DNA from: Raillietiella orientalis | Lineage: Eukaryota | Direction of reading: 5' to 3' | Assembly: GCA_036172245.1 (NCBI GenBank) | Contig: JAYWIR010000035.1 | Span: 620,001-684,000, forward strand | Length of the DNA stretch: 64,000 bases | In this document: positions 26,101-40,059 of the stretch, in pieces | Layout: every line of letters starts with the position of its first letter | How positions within the stretch are numbered: the stretch's first letter is position 1 | Position numbers and translations under genes: made by a program | Notes under the pieces: model-generated | Seen by the model: the letters and a program-made list of their open reading frames with translations, nothing else | What the model was told of the DNA's origin: nothing | Database searches by the model: none

Positions 26101-27221
26101 ACCAAGTGTTTCGATTGATCGTACAACGGATTCTCTTCGGAAATAACTGAAGCCTAAGCATAAAGAAAACTAATGGGAGTCTAAGCTAAGGAAACTAATA
26201 AAGAAAACGAAAGAATATCCAGCATAATTACGTGATCAGACGATTGCAAAGCCAAAAAAAGAAGGAATGTGAAGGGACGAATGACGATATAGGAACAAAA
26301 AAAAAAAAAAACTGTCCAAAAGCAGACGGGAAATAAAAAAAAAAAAAAGTGTACATTAACGACCGGCAAAAAAAAAAAAAAAAAAAAGAGGAATAAAACT
26401 GAACGGTAACAAGTGTAAGAAGAACTTTTCAACGAGACTCACAAATGCAGGAATAAATAGAGGAATATCGATGATATAATATTCAAACAAGAGAACGAAT
26501 TCAGGTAGCTGTTCCCACACGTGATTTCGTACACAAATGAATATGTTGCTAAATAAAAAATAACGGATACATAATACGGGCGAGTACGAATCACATTCGC
26601 AGTAATCAAGTGCAAGTAGATTCGACACTTCTTGCCACCTGTACCTCGAATTCGTAGACAACTGCTTCCATGAAGTATTCTTCCTTGAAGTACGAAATAT
26701 TACTGATACAAGAAAGAAAAGCTACAGGGATGCAAAGTATAAACAGCGAAGAATCGACGTGAATCGCGGGTGAAAAGCTGCGGGGAACTTCGTGACGGCG
26801 CCAGTAATCCGAAACTCGACGACTGCTGCTGCGCTCTGCAATGATATTCCGAGAGAGTTGGAAACGACTGCCTGGACCGAAAGAGTCGTCCTCAGCCGAC
26901 ACACACACGGAAAACGGAGATGATGCGTAACCTTACGGAACACTTGATCCAGGCACCGCTCTTGGAACGCAAACCCGGCACACTTAGCACACTGTCAAAT
27001 CTTGAACACCGCGCACACTACAAAAGAAAAGAGAAACGAAGAAAAGAAAAGCAAGAAAGAAAGGAAAAAAAAAAGGGGGGGGGGGGAGGGGAACCCACCC
27101 TGTATTAGGGTCTTCTGAATACGACTTGTACTGCTGTATCGACGTAACGAAACAAATATTTTGCTTACCGACCAAATGTTTGGTCTGCTACTTGTTTCAC
27201 ACGCAAAAACTGCTTCTTCAT
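20119..27221 (-). CDS. ARHGAP17: BAR-domain RhoGAP, RICH/ARHGAP17/ARHGAP44/SH3BP1 family (multi-exon)
   Basis: Exon 27221-27169 MKKQFLRVKQVADQTFG; 25876-25726 RAEKTEAIPEELV...; 24337-24261 RKMPDFQLG...; ~23907-23719 ...KLVLDMDSAKSR. RhoGAP domain VFGCSLEEHL...EEGLFRVAG...LASLLKLYLRELPDPLLT...NKMTFQNIAIV. Last exon 20240-20119 ends SESTNL*, resembling the family's C-terminal ESTAL. Splice phases are consistent. Confidence 0.92.
22470..23200 (+). mobile_element. Decayed mariner-like transposase remnant in a RhoGAP intron
   Basis: GWFPLL (like WVPHxL), FWNSDYG*DNDEFITKDH (like FWDxxGxIxxDFLxxGxT) and LHLKSD (like LHHDN) occur in mariner order. No terminal inverted repeats identified. Confidence 0.4.
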
Positions 27222-30200
27222 GCTTCGAAAGCGAAGATTCTGGCTACTGCGTCAAGGTGATTAGCAACATGGCATTGGGTTTTCTGAAACACAACAAAAA
27301 TATGATTCTGCATCCGCGCATTCGATTCTCATCTGGCTGTTCTTCTAGAATAATAAACTCTCACCTTGAAAACCATCACGAAATGCAGTTCAGATTACAA
27401 AAGTAAAAATAAAAAAGAAATAAATCAAAAATTAAACAAGCATTGAAGGAGGATGAATTCCGACCAAGTCACGTTTGCTGAGCTTTAAGAGTTAAGTGCA
27501 ATCCTTTCCCTATACGTATTCCAATTTTGCAATGGCTGCAGGAGTGTGCATGTGCCCGTAATTTCGATCATTCAACCCAGAACACTACACCTTTCGATCT
27601 GCAGGGTCCAAATTGACGGGACAGGAAATCCTCAAACTGTGCACGCACACCACTCGGAATGATTTCGACCGAAGACACAACGCTCGCGAGCAGAAAATTT
27701 AAACATACTCACAGTACAAGGAAACACATGACGGGACGTGCAACTGGGAGAACACACAAAAAGGCATGCGAAAAGAGGTCAAGCCCGAATCACTAGGAAA
27801 TGAAATCCCCGGTTCGATTCAAAATTTCAGAATAAAAATGCTTGGGGTGGAGGCTGCAAACTCCTTCCATTAATTGAACGCGCACGGCTGAATACTAAGC
27901 GCAACGACACGCGTCCAAAGAGGGGACCCTCGAAAAACTGCCCCCCAAAATGAAGTTCCCCGCGATGTCGAAAGAATGGGAGGCGCACTTATATACTTCT
28001 GATCCCTGCAGATGGAAGTTGCAGCTATCGCGTAAGGCTACTTGACGACAAGCACAAGCAAAGCATCAATCTATAAGGGGAAAAAAAATTCTCCTCGCGG
28101 TTTGGCGGTCCTGACAACCATTTTCGAAGGATGCAAAGATGCAACTTGCTAACATCTAGAAGTATCGTTTCGGGAACGACGTCGCCCGCACGAAAGGGAA
28201 ACTTTACTCTCACAGTCCGATGTACGCTCCTTCGCGAACACACACGAAATGTAAAACTCTGCAAAGGGGTGGGTCGTGCACGCTCTGCCCCTGCAACAAC
28301 ACTCGTGGTTTGCTCAACACAGAGTGCAGGAGCACCACTGAATGCAAGAGGGAACAACAATCAAACGAACCTCTCTCCCTCTCCCTCCCCCCTCCCGGCC
28401 GCCCCCTGCCGACTTCAGGATGAACGGAACGTCCTTTTCCTGGTAACCCAATAGCCCGCCTCCATCTGCACAGAATCAACAATCGCGAGGTCTTCTACAT
28501 TTCCAGGAAGCCATGCTGGGTGGGGGTGGGGGTGGGAAGAAGAAATCACCCACCGTCTCGAACCGGGAAACGGCGAAAATAAATGAAGCAATGTACTGCA
28601 GGAAGAAGAAAACAAAAGGAGTGGAAAAAGCAAACGTGGCAGTAAACGATTCTTGCGAAAATAACAATTTGCTGGTGACGAAACTCGGGAACGAATTTAA
28701 TGATACACGGAAAGCGGAATGCATTTTCGTAAGACAAAAAGCTAGAAATATGTAACAACTTTGCTTCACAAGCTAAGCAGTGAGGGGGGGGGGGGGAGGT
28801 GAGTGTAATCCACAGAAAACAACGCCAAATCATCATTCGATGACATTTTACAGCTGATTCGAATTTCACGACACTGGGAACAAATACGACTCGCCACTGT
28901 TTCCACTGACCAACAAAAAGCCTCTATATGTTATGGATGTTTCCTTTAACGTACACATTCCACCCTATCAAGCCCTGCATCCGAGGATCTAAATGATCTT
29001 TCTCGAAGTAGCAGGCCACCGCGCAAACCACTTAAAATCATCGGTATCCATCAGCGTCCCAGTGTCCACAAAAAAAAATCTGCTTCAACTCTGCACGGGC
29101 AATATGGAATGCGACATGCAAAAAATTCCGATTCCACCTTGCTTTTTAAAGTCACGCACAATCTACTTTGTCGCAAAAGATGTAAATAAAGGCAATGAAG
29201 AGAGCAGCACCGAAACGCAGTGGGAATCACAAAAAAAGTGCTTCACTGATCCTGAAACAACGTGCGCATGCTTTACCCACCTGACCACGTGTAATCCTGA
29301 CAGAATTCGTCCCCTATGGTCCACACAGGGCACTCAGTTCGCAATGATGATCATGGGGTTCCGAATTATCTAGGAAGATGTAATTTTGCCATCGGTGGCA
29401 ACTTCCGTATGCATTCGTTTCAAATAAGTGCATCGGAGTTGGATCACATTCATCTACGCTAATTTTTTCGAACAACCCAAATGGAAAATCTGCGTTTGCA
29501 GAAAACCGTATCCGTCTTCTGGTAGTACGTTCTTGTACATTTAAATACTAAACTCTTGTTAGAAATAAGCATGGGAAAAAAAATGCGACAGCCCTTTTAA
29601 GAGCTGCATTTCGACAAGAAATTCTGAATGCCATTCAAATTATAAGTGCACGGTTTTCAGTAAACTTCTGATATCCCGCAATCTTGAAACTCTTTGACTG
29701 CGTTCCTGCTGAGACAGAATGAACTCGTAATTAGTTAATCTTACTGAAGTTGGTTAGAGGTTAATTTTTTCTAGAACCACACCCTTTAGCATACGGAAAA
29801 AGTAAGATTTATCTGTTCGTAGGCAATCATTTAATCGCACGCTCATATTTTTTTGCTGAGTAAATGAGTGTTACCACTTAAAAAAAAAAAAAAAAAAATT
29901 CTTCAGTAAATCTTCCTTTGTCCAAAAACTGCACGAACCCCTTCAACAGATTCACTACCCAATGGTTGACATAACGTCCACTTTTTTTTTTTTGCCTCTG
30001 CTGAGAGCAAATTACTTATGCCGATAAATTTACAATTCCTGCGTGTGAACGCCTGATTTGAAGGAAGCAAGGAGGGGGAGAGGAGTTTTCCCGGAACCAA
30101 AATGTCTTTTAAAATGACGTACAAACAAATTCGCTCGAAATCACGCAATCAGACGCTTGTCTTTTGGTGGTGACTCGGATCCTTTCGTTCATTTATCTGC

Positions 30201-33200
30201 TCGTATCCCTTTATAAACGCCCTTTAAGCACTTCGTTCCTTCGGGAACGGGCTGCAACTGGGGAAACACCATTCCCCACTGGATCTAGAAAAGCGTGCTG
30301 CCATCCACTGAAACGTATTAAAATATAAGTGTCACATATGCTGATTCCTCTCTATTGCATTTTTCTTTCTTTTTGTCTGCCAACTTGACAACATAACCTT
30401 AGCTGACCGACTTCATTCTACTTTTATCTTTCAGTTTGAAAAATCTTTAGCGGATCGCACCCACGGTGAATTCATTCAGGTTGCTGCCTCGCAGGCAGCA
30501 ATATCGAATTTCGAATTCGGGAATCGTATGTTCTCTCATTAATAAAACGAAATATGCCTCCATATCAGAACACGGTTTAAACATCATGGCGAGGAAATTT
30601 AATCAGCAAGGTTTGCAAACAAATCTTAAATAGCATTTGAACCCAAACATTGACGATATCAAAGCATTACGTGTTTCACTTTGTATTTTGGGGGAGGGAA
30701 GAAAGGAATACCAACGGTGGCTGATCATTTAAGCAAAAACACGACAGCACAATACATTGGGACCACAAGTACACCGCTGAACTGATGAACTCTATAAAAA
30801 AAAAAAATCTAAAAAAGACTGCCAATCCATAAACACCCGTTATGATTACATCTGTTATTTCCAACTTCATTCGCTATGACTAGGGAATACGATATCTGGA
30901 AAAATAAATAAGAATAAATGCAACGTTTTCTTTCCTTCTTTTTTGTTTTTTTTCAAGAGCCCATTCTGACTTTGCAACCGTTTTGTGCACGTCAATAGAA
31001 CAAATAAGCAACCAGTAAAAAAAAAAAAAGGAAAAAAAACATTGAAAACACGGTGTCCATACATAATTTTGATTTATTCGAAAATTCCGGTGCTTGTTCC
31101 TCCTACTCCGCCTCTTCGTGTGCTGAAGACTTGTTCCGTTCACGCGGAAGTAACCACGGAACGCAACCTGATGGAGTCCCTCATCACGAGAGCAGCCCAT
31201 TCACCACAATTTCGAATGATCAGAAGGCACACACACCAAGGAAAAGGAACTTCCCACGTTCGCTGCTTTTTTTTTTACCCTGCGACAGTTCACTCTTTGT
31301 AAGGATCACACAGTCCAGTTATACAGAGTTATTGGCCTCTTTTCAGATAATAACGAGAGATGAGTACATTTTTGTTTGAAGAAATCAGAAATGATCTCGG
31401 GCTAACTTTAGCCTTTGCAAAATCTAAGGAAATGCCTTCACGATTTGGGATGAAACGTTGGATACATAGGCTTTGGATTTCATTGTATTCATTTTATTGC
31501 TCGGACTCCTAGACAAATTTGTATCATGAAAAGAGATACATTATAATGTGAACCGTCCCCTGGAAAATTTCAAGACGTACCAAATTATTACTGAACATAT
31601 TTTCTTCCATTTCACTAATTTACCGTTTTACTAGAGCGCGATACGTGGAAATTTCTTCAACAGGATATGGATTTTTACTCAGAATTCTTAGTTCATCAAA
31701 TTATTTGAGTTTCTCAAAATATTTTTAACAGAAACATTTTACATTCAAAGCAACATTACATCCAAAAATGCCATACATTGCACGAACAAATTCCAAATTT
31801 AAATCTATAAATACAAATCTATAAATTAATCAAAATTACCCATTTTTGCAAGACTGATAAAGTTACTTATTACGCAAGGAATACTATTAATTAATTCAAT
31901 ACGCATGCTAATGCTATAGTAAGAACCCATATAGCACACAAACTTAGAAAAACAACTTTCAATGATTTCCAAGATAATTACTCGTGTTAACAAGAGCAAG
32001 TACTGTTAATTAAGTTTCTTAATTTCAGCAATAATTACGTATATATATATTTTTTTATGTTCCTTCGTTTTGAAAAATAACAAAGTATGTCACGAAATGC
32101 CTTCAATATACTTATTTGCAAAAACAGTTGCAAGAATTCCTTCATACTATGAGCAAAAAAAATTATCAGCTTTTGCTATGTAATACCTCTTTTTCATACA
32201 GTTGCAACAACACAACAATGTATAATGGAAAAGCAAACCAGGGATATTAAACAAAAATTATTTTTTAAAACAATATTCAAAATTCTCAAATCTTAAGCTT
32301 ATATTAGCAAACCATTTGTAGCACTAATACTTTCAATTTTCTTGTCAATTTTGGCAGCGATTTTTCTCACAAGTACCTGTTACAGAAAATTCATTTCGAG
32401 GAAACGCGCAATTTTAAAGGACACTTGTCAGTTCTGGCAATATCCTTCTGCAATGAGATGTCCTGTTTTGTGATAGTTTTAATTGTATTCGGGAGGAAAA
32501 AAAAAAAACAATAATATGCAAAAGTAAATGATTTGGATATGTAGCTAATTTTTTGAGAAAAAACTTTTGAGGAAATGCTAGGCAGAAAAAATTATCTGAA
32601 AACTAGGATCCCAAATTTTTAGAAACCATATTGTTCCCATTTCAAAATAAAAAACAAATACTTTGCTGCATACATACTAATAATTGTACATTAGTTTAAC
32701 TCGACGGAATAAAATCGTCCCTACAATTTAAAATCCCCTTCTCTCTCCCTTACCTGAAAAATGTTTTTTGGCTTTGTAATGTTTACTTCAGTTTTACACA
32801 TTCACCTTACACATTCACTCTTGATGCTCATTATAAATGGAGCAAACATGTATGGCATGTAAACAATTTACGATTACTTACATGCTGCGCATACAAAGTA
32901 TACAGAAACAAATCCTGCATTTGAATTACATTGATTACAAAGATTGATAAGAATGCATGAGGGACTTGTATGTAACCACATACATAAACACACACACAAA
33001 GAATACATGCAGAAAACGAAATATTGATGACGATAAGCTTGTAAACAAAAAACAAATCTTTGACTGAAAAAAGGACAGCCAATAGTCTAATGAGACTTAT
33101 GTTATGTGACAGATTCCTGATAGGAAAATATGAAAATGAAATTTCTAAAAAATGGTATTTAAATGGGAAATAGCATCAGTTCTTTACAATTACATGCTAA

Positions 33201-35717
33201 CTCTGTAGCTTCACTTCTGAAATGACAGGTTTAAAATACTTATTTTGAACTCCTAAAACATTCACTTAATTCAATATACTTCTTGGTATCATATATCACA
33301 AAAACCTGAAATTCCCAAATTGCAATATAAAGATTAAAATTATGCATGAATAATTATTTACATATGAAACAAAACAGTGAAATAAATTACATTCTTGAAG
33401 ACACCGCCATAAAGGATCACCATCATAATTTTAAAAAATCTGAAAACATATACTTCAAGAACTCTTAGCTATAATGAATGCTTATCAGAGTAATTTGAAT
33501 CTATGCAATGCACTACATGAAAACTATTCCGGATTAATTCTTTTCTTTGTTATTCAGAAATTACTTCAAGAATATTAAGCAGTATCCAAAGAATGGGTTT
33601 ATGAGAAAATTGTAAGATTTAACTTAGAACTTAAGCTTGCAAGAATCTCAAATTCTGTCTAACCATTGCAGATAATGACATGAACTTCTTCACATCAAAA
33701 ATAGAAAAACATATGCTTTCATAACATACGTTTGCTTACCACACTTGCAATGACTGGATTTTGAATAACCATTTGACAAGCATCTAAATACATTAATAGA
33801 CTCCTGAATATGCTGTGAAATTCATGAGCATAAAAACGAAAAGCACTGGCTTATACAACCGCATTAAAATGAACTTCTCCATTTCTCTTTCTCTTAAACT
33901 GCTATTCTTACATGCGTAATGTTTTCAAATGAAACAGTTAATATTGATTTATTATTTATGCACTATATGTAATGCTAAAGTTTGTCACTGTTTTACTCAT
34001 AAATTAAATGCAAAATATTTTATGTCACATTTAGGAGATACGATAAGGTAAGGCATACTAAGAGGCTTTTACTATCGAACACATTTCATTTTATCTTTTT
34101 CTACTAGTAAATGGAAACCAGTTTGCCAAATTAAAAAATCACAAACAATAATACCTAATACCAAATAAAAGTAATTAAAAAATCCTTACTTTAAATCAAT
34201 GAGATCTCTTACAAGCAAGTGCAAAGCTGCACATCATCTTTGTAAATAAGGATGCACTGCAACAACAAACGCCAAGATAGTTGGTGATTTTGTGGGATTA
34301 TCTTTCAGAATACAAATATTTACCACAGAGAAATGGTTTCCCGAAAAATTTCAATGAAGCTACGGTTCAAAAACAGGCAAATGTGTGAACTTGAGTGTTC
34401 CCTATCGTAGCATCCACAAATAACGAAAAACAGTTAACACAAAAATAAGTTCTGGCTTAAAAAATGAGACTAAACATTTTTTTCTTTCATTTAACAAAAT
34501 GAATGATTTATCGCTGGAAAGAAAAAAAAAAGCTAATGGTGGAATTTCTATAAGATACAGATGAGGAACTAGCAAATTTTATTGCCTCCATCTGTCTTAT
34601 CATTCCTGCTACCGAAATAGGTATAAAAACTGATGCAATTTTACTTCTCAGTTTCAAGTTTCTTTCTAACATTTAAAGCTGACACACAAAAAGGAAAAGA
34701 TCTTTCACTGACATAATCGAACAATCCCATAATTTTAAGAATTCTCCATACTCAAATATTCTCTAAACCGCAAAAGTGGGTAGAGGCACAGAGAAAATGA
34801 AAGTTCAATACAAATGCCCGCTGCAATAAACTTTGGAGCACAAATTTGATACTGAACTTTAGAAATCTGGCCCCTTACCAGGGTAAAATTTACTGGTTTT
34901 TTCAACTTGTAAAACATGTCCACCATGTGGAGTTGCGAACTGACAACCACACTATCCTACATACAGCACACCACAGCAATGCTTACTGAACGTTTAAAAA
35001 AAATGAAGTCCTTATATGCCAGTTTAACGAGATTACCAGTAATATGCTCACTGAAGTGATATGTTGTGATCGCTTCATTTCTTCAGGCTTAATCAGGGAT
35101 CAGACGAAGTTAAAAAACTACATTAGTAAAAACAAAGTTTACATTAGTTAGATATTTGTTAAACACATTTGGTGAATGACGACATTCGAAAATACTCTGT
35201 ATGCAATAATCTCACTTTATATTTTTCTTTTCATGAACAGTCAAATAGTGCACAAACATGTAGGTGTGCATATTTATGTGTTATTCATCATATCCTGAAA
35301 TTTTAAACTGAAACGTGTTTAGGTGAATCAGAAAGAAATTCTGAAAAGCTTTTGTGGTAAAAGGTTATATTACTATCTTTCCTCTTGAAACCAGAGTATG
35401 TTCTGTTAGACACTTTTTCTTTACTGAGTTATGTTTGTGAAGGTACGCTGTAGTAAAACATTTAAGACGAATACAAACTTATTTACAAAGACTGTTTCAA
35501 ATAATTACATAATAAGACTCTGTGGATAAAGTCTTTTCAATTGTTGGTGAGCATTTCCAGAGTGTTCTGTTAATACTTTAAAAGATTAAACGATATGGGT
35601 TGATGGTCACATGATATATATTATCATGTATGGTAATTATAGCAGGATACTTCATAATGTTGTTGTATTGAGCCGTAAATAATGCACTTTATTTACCAGT
35701 ATCTTTCAGTTTTTAGA

Positions 35718-37590
35718 TCATGAGTCCTTTCTCTTGTGCTCCCAATCGAAGCCTGAAAAAGAGCTTTCATGCTACCGTGTCCAATCAGGAGTACTGAAAC
35801 AAGCTAACGTGTAAGGACTTTATAGGTTTCCTAAATTTAATACTACAATTTTCAAGCAGAATTAATGCTATTTTTGAAAACTTCAGTGAACCATGCAAGC
35901 TCAAGAACTTAGATATGGGGAGAGCTCGAAAAAATGTATGCAGTTCATGGATTTCTATCGGAACTGTTACAAGGAGGAATAAAGTGGAATAGGATTAGTA
36001 TTATACTGAAAAAGATGAAGATTATACTAGTGGAGATTATACTGGAAAGAAATTACATAAGTTATAGAGTTGTGTGCAAGTCAGAAGTTTAATGGAATAC
36101 TGATGACTCCTTGAAACAAAATAAATAATAACAAAATCTTTTGCTAGGGAAACTATAAAAATCTAAGAAATAAAATATGTCGGCATCGTGTTCTAAAAAG
36201 CATTACCGTTTCATTGCCGAAAGAAATGAATTTGCGGAAATTGAGAATGTTTAAGAATGCTACTGTGTTAGCAAGTGGTAAAGTTCTACAAGCAATTAAA
36301 GAACTGGTTTTTCAAAGAAATTTTTTTTATTCTCATCAACGATTGGCAGCATCTACCAAAATCTGAATAGCATCCAATAGAGCACACTTGGACTTAATGA
36401 TAGAGGTTATTCATCGATTCCTAAACCGCATCGTACGCGGGCGTTTTTGAAGGAGTATCTATACTTATACCATAGTAAAGTAATGATTAGATGACTTTTT
36501 CAAAATTCATAGAATTCTTTAGATTAGTGCCCTGAAAATTGTAAAAGTTTGAAAGCAATAGTGCCACCGTTTGATGGTCAGTTTGGAGAACCTGTATCGG
36601 ATCTTATGGTGCTTTGTTTCGATTACCATAATCTAAGAGCAGTACCACTACAAAATAATACTTTGTTCGGATTTGCAAATGGCATTCGTTGTTGAAGATT
36701 AAGAAATTACCAGAGATTCTTTTTTTCAAAGAGCTCATTTAGTGGCAATGGTAGTTGAAGGTTTCGTCATAATATTTATCTACTAGCATAAAAGTATAGA
36801 AAAGGTTGCATATTTAATCTACTTCCAACGTTGCATTTTCAGATCAAGTTTATTTCATTCTTTTAACTATAACTGTGGGTCATGGCTAGGTTTTGTAGTA
36901 ACCCATTCAAATTGTTCTTTGAGTTGTTTATCGTCTTCTATATATAGTTTTTTAATGTTTGAAAGGCTTCTTCAATTTCACAATGCTACTTATTTGTCTT
37001 TCTTGGACAAAAAAAATAATTCCTCAGTTTTTTCTCCTGAAATCGGAGTGCAGATACAAAAAGCTGTCTTTTGATAATGCACTTCTAAAACTCCGTTAAT
37101 AAGGAAGATTCATAATAATGGTATGATAGGTTGCCTTCTTGGAACTCCCTAGAATACATCAGGATGGTGTGTAAGTAACCATTGGAGATTGTCGCAATTC
37201 TTACAAACTGTGCTCATCAATACACGCCATTATCAGAAGATTAATGGCATGAAGGAGATTGCACTGATTTTTTTAATGAAGCATCTTATTCATTCTGATG
37301 TTACCATCTCTTGATTAACTACTTGCATGGACTGCTCTATGTGTCCGTAAAAATAGGTTCAGTGCAAGCTGAGAAGCCAAGAGTATTGTGGAGAAACTGA
37401 CTATAATATGCGTCCCTACAAGCAACATTATGTGAATTATATGTAATTCAAAATCTTCCCGCATGCAGCAAAATGAATTTCAAACTCCAAATGAAGTTGG
37501 ACTAGGTTCTTGAATATAATGATTATTTTTCTCTAGCTTGCGGAATCGTTCATTGATTTCCCTTCAGTGTGGCGAGGAATGGGGTAATTT
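35718..37590 (+). pseudogene. Unidentified exon-like segments, possibly a decayed gene (weak DUF229-like resemblance)
   Basis: Several AG/GT-bounded open blocks join in phase (...KQANV|EPCKLKNLDMGRARKN; GNYKNL...VLASG; CGETDYNMRPY; LAESFIDFPSVWRGMG). Stops occur in intervening blocks. Confidence 0.25.
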
Positions 37591-37779
37591 ATTTAAAATA
37601 ACGAAGAAGAATATAATTCCAACCAATCGTAACTCCCAAGTTTGGTCCCACCTTCAAAGTTTGCTCCACTTTGCCATAGGATTCAACCTGTTATTGGTCT
37701 GCTCTATACTTGGAGTCTTTGCATTGAAAGAGTGTTCTGAAAGTAATTAGGGTATTACTAGTCGAGTTCCTGAATCTTC

Positions 37780-39900
37780 TTCAAGACATAATGGTAGGTC
37801 CAGGAAGCACATGAATAATAGTGCGGATCCGGGGAGGAGCCCTACTGCCATCCTGGATGCCCGTCTCCTTCTTTAAGAGTCCCATCACAAAGTTGCTCTC
37901 TGCGACTTGTATTTCCCGAAATCTTTGGTCCATCTTGTAGGGATGCTTCGGATGAAGAAGTTTCTGATAGACCTCATCACGGAGTTGTTCAGGGAATGGA
38001 GTTGGACAGGGAATGAGACTTTCCTTTGTCCTTTGAAGAGTCCTCTCTGGCTTTCCACCTTGGTGCATCCCTTGATGTCGATTGTCTGCCTTGCCACTTC
38101 CAAGATGGGGAGAAGGGTCTCAGCAAGTGAAGATGTGGTGCGTGTTTTCAGAGTCTCTGCAGACGAGGCAGAAATTATCGCCGGGGCTGCCCGACCATTA
38201 TCTGACCATGATGCTACTCGGAATTTTTCCATGATAAAACTTCAGGAGTTTGTCCTCGGCATCTTGTGGAAGGTGAAATCTCTAAATGGTAGTCCTGATT
38301 CCTAAAGGTTTGAGGGCCAGCATCCATGCTTGGCCCATGTTTTTCTAAAGGCATCTTTGTCGATCTGTCCAGGAATTGTTTCATGACTCAGGAATTTCAC
38401 CTCAGTCCACTCCGAGCTTTAGGCTTGCCAGATCTCTCAGGACTCGTAGGTTACCCCTCTCTGCTTCTGGACTTTGCATTGAAACAGTGGCATTCCGTGG
38501 GCATGGGAGCTGAGCGAGAACTGTTCATAGTCTGTTCTAATTAAACCAGGTCTTTTCCGGAGCCAATGTTCCTTTGGACCATGGGATAAGAAAGAACAAT
38601 GGTGTGTTATGAAGACTAGCTCTTTGTCCCATATTTCGCCGCTCTAAGAATCTGCTTTTTGTCTTGTATGGCTACCTAGTCATTGATTCTACATTAGTAC
38701 CAGGACCTACTTTCTTCCGTTCTCCAATTTTTCCATACAGAGAAGTTATTAGCTCGTCTGTTCCGCTTACGAACCTTAAGCAGGCTCTGTGCAACATGTA
38801 CAGCCATTTGTCCCATCCGGCAGTATGTTGTATCTGTTTCAAGTCATGCAGCCAGTTGGACTGGCAGTGCCAATTTCCCCTCCTTGACGGTACAAAAGAT
38901 CAGCTTTACCCGGGATGTACCCTCTCTATAAAAAAGGGACTTACAGAAGTTGGTTGATTTTCTATTTATTTTCTTGGGAGTTGATAGAAAACCGTCCCAA
39001 ATTGAAGCTTGAGATCAGGGACCCTATCCCACAGATTTAGCTTCCTTAGTGTTAAAGCATGAGCTCATAATTTTTCGTTTTCTTTGTTACATTTTCCATT
39101 TGAGAAATCATGAGCAAGATTATCCCACTGGGTCGGCAGCGGCGAGGCGTTACCGATGTGTACATGACCAGACATTTCAGGTCGTTGACCATCTTGAACC
39201 CTTCGGATTTCGGGATGGAAAAATCTGATATTCTCTCGTTGATTTCTTCACGTTGATCTGTAGTCCGAGTGCAGAGTTCACTAACGGGGCGGTTGATAGA
39301 AACGCCTCCTGATCTTCCTGATCCGACATGAAGACATCAGCGTACTCTAGACGCGTAACCAACGATGGCACCGAGCAGATCTTGAGTCTGTGTCTTCATT
39401 GATTAGGCTTTCCGTAGCTTCCATGTAGAAGATAAATAGTCTGGAGGTAAGAGCAATGCCTTGTGGAACGCCCTGTTGGATATGGATCTATGGTGTTTTC
39501 TTCATTATTGGAGATCTGAAAGACGTCTTCTTCCATGATGGTCTCCGCATGCGCGCATAATTTTCTGATGATGTTTAGCTTCTTCAAGAGTCCCAGCATC
39601 ATGTGGTCCACAGAGTCGAAAGCCTCTTGGATATGTGTGAGGTCAAGTACTAGGTCTCTTTCGATGATCATCGGTTGTATCTGATGACTGCTTGAGGCAC
39701 TTTTAACATTTTTTTTCCCACGTATGACCTGCGAGCTCCATCCATGTTTGGGTGGGTATAATCACCGATGTGATCACGTTTTTCTGATTCAGTTGGTCCA
39801 GTTTAGATTCAGTTCAGATCTCCGCCAACCGCGCGATTGGACACGTTTTCGTCGCTCCTATGGTTCAAGGTCAGAGCATGGCTGTTGTTTGAAGACAGCC
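37780..39900 (-). mobile_element. Decayed non-LTR RT (ORF2) fragment
   Basis: IQEAFDSVDH (39600-39635), frameshifted QGVPQG (~39470) and LEYADV...LGLQINVKKS (ORF 39177-39371). Confidence 0.8.
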
Positions 39901-40059
39901 ATCTACTTCGAGTTCTTATTCTTCGATCAGAGTTTGACTCAAAGAACTCGGAAGCGCTGAGTTGCTCTCGAGTCGTTGACCTCAGCTAAGTTAGCCACCC
40001 TTCTCGACACTCCTAGCTGTGGCACTACCCTCCATCATAGAGCACTTGGGCAGTAACCG

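Noticed and set aside
26645..26671. Alternative RhoGAP first exon MEAVVYEFE|gtac (minus strand)
   Set aside because: Its phase 0 end does not fit exon 2 (phase 2). It would fit exon 3 only by skipping exon 2, and there is no other support.
27900..31400. Short ORFs upstream of the RhoGAP start
   Set aside because: No domains and many homopolymer-derived Lys/Phe/Gly runs; more likely 5' UTR intron or regulatory DNA.
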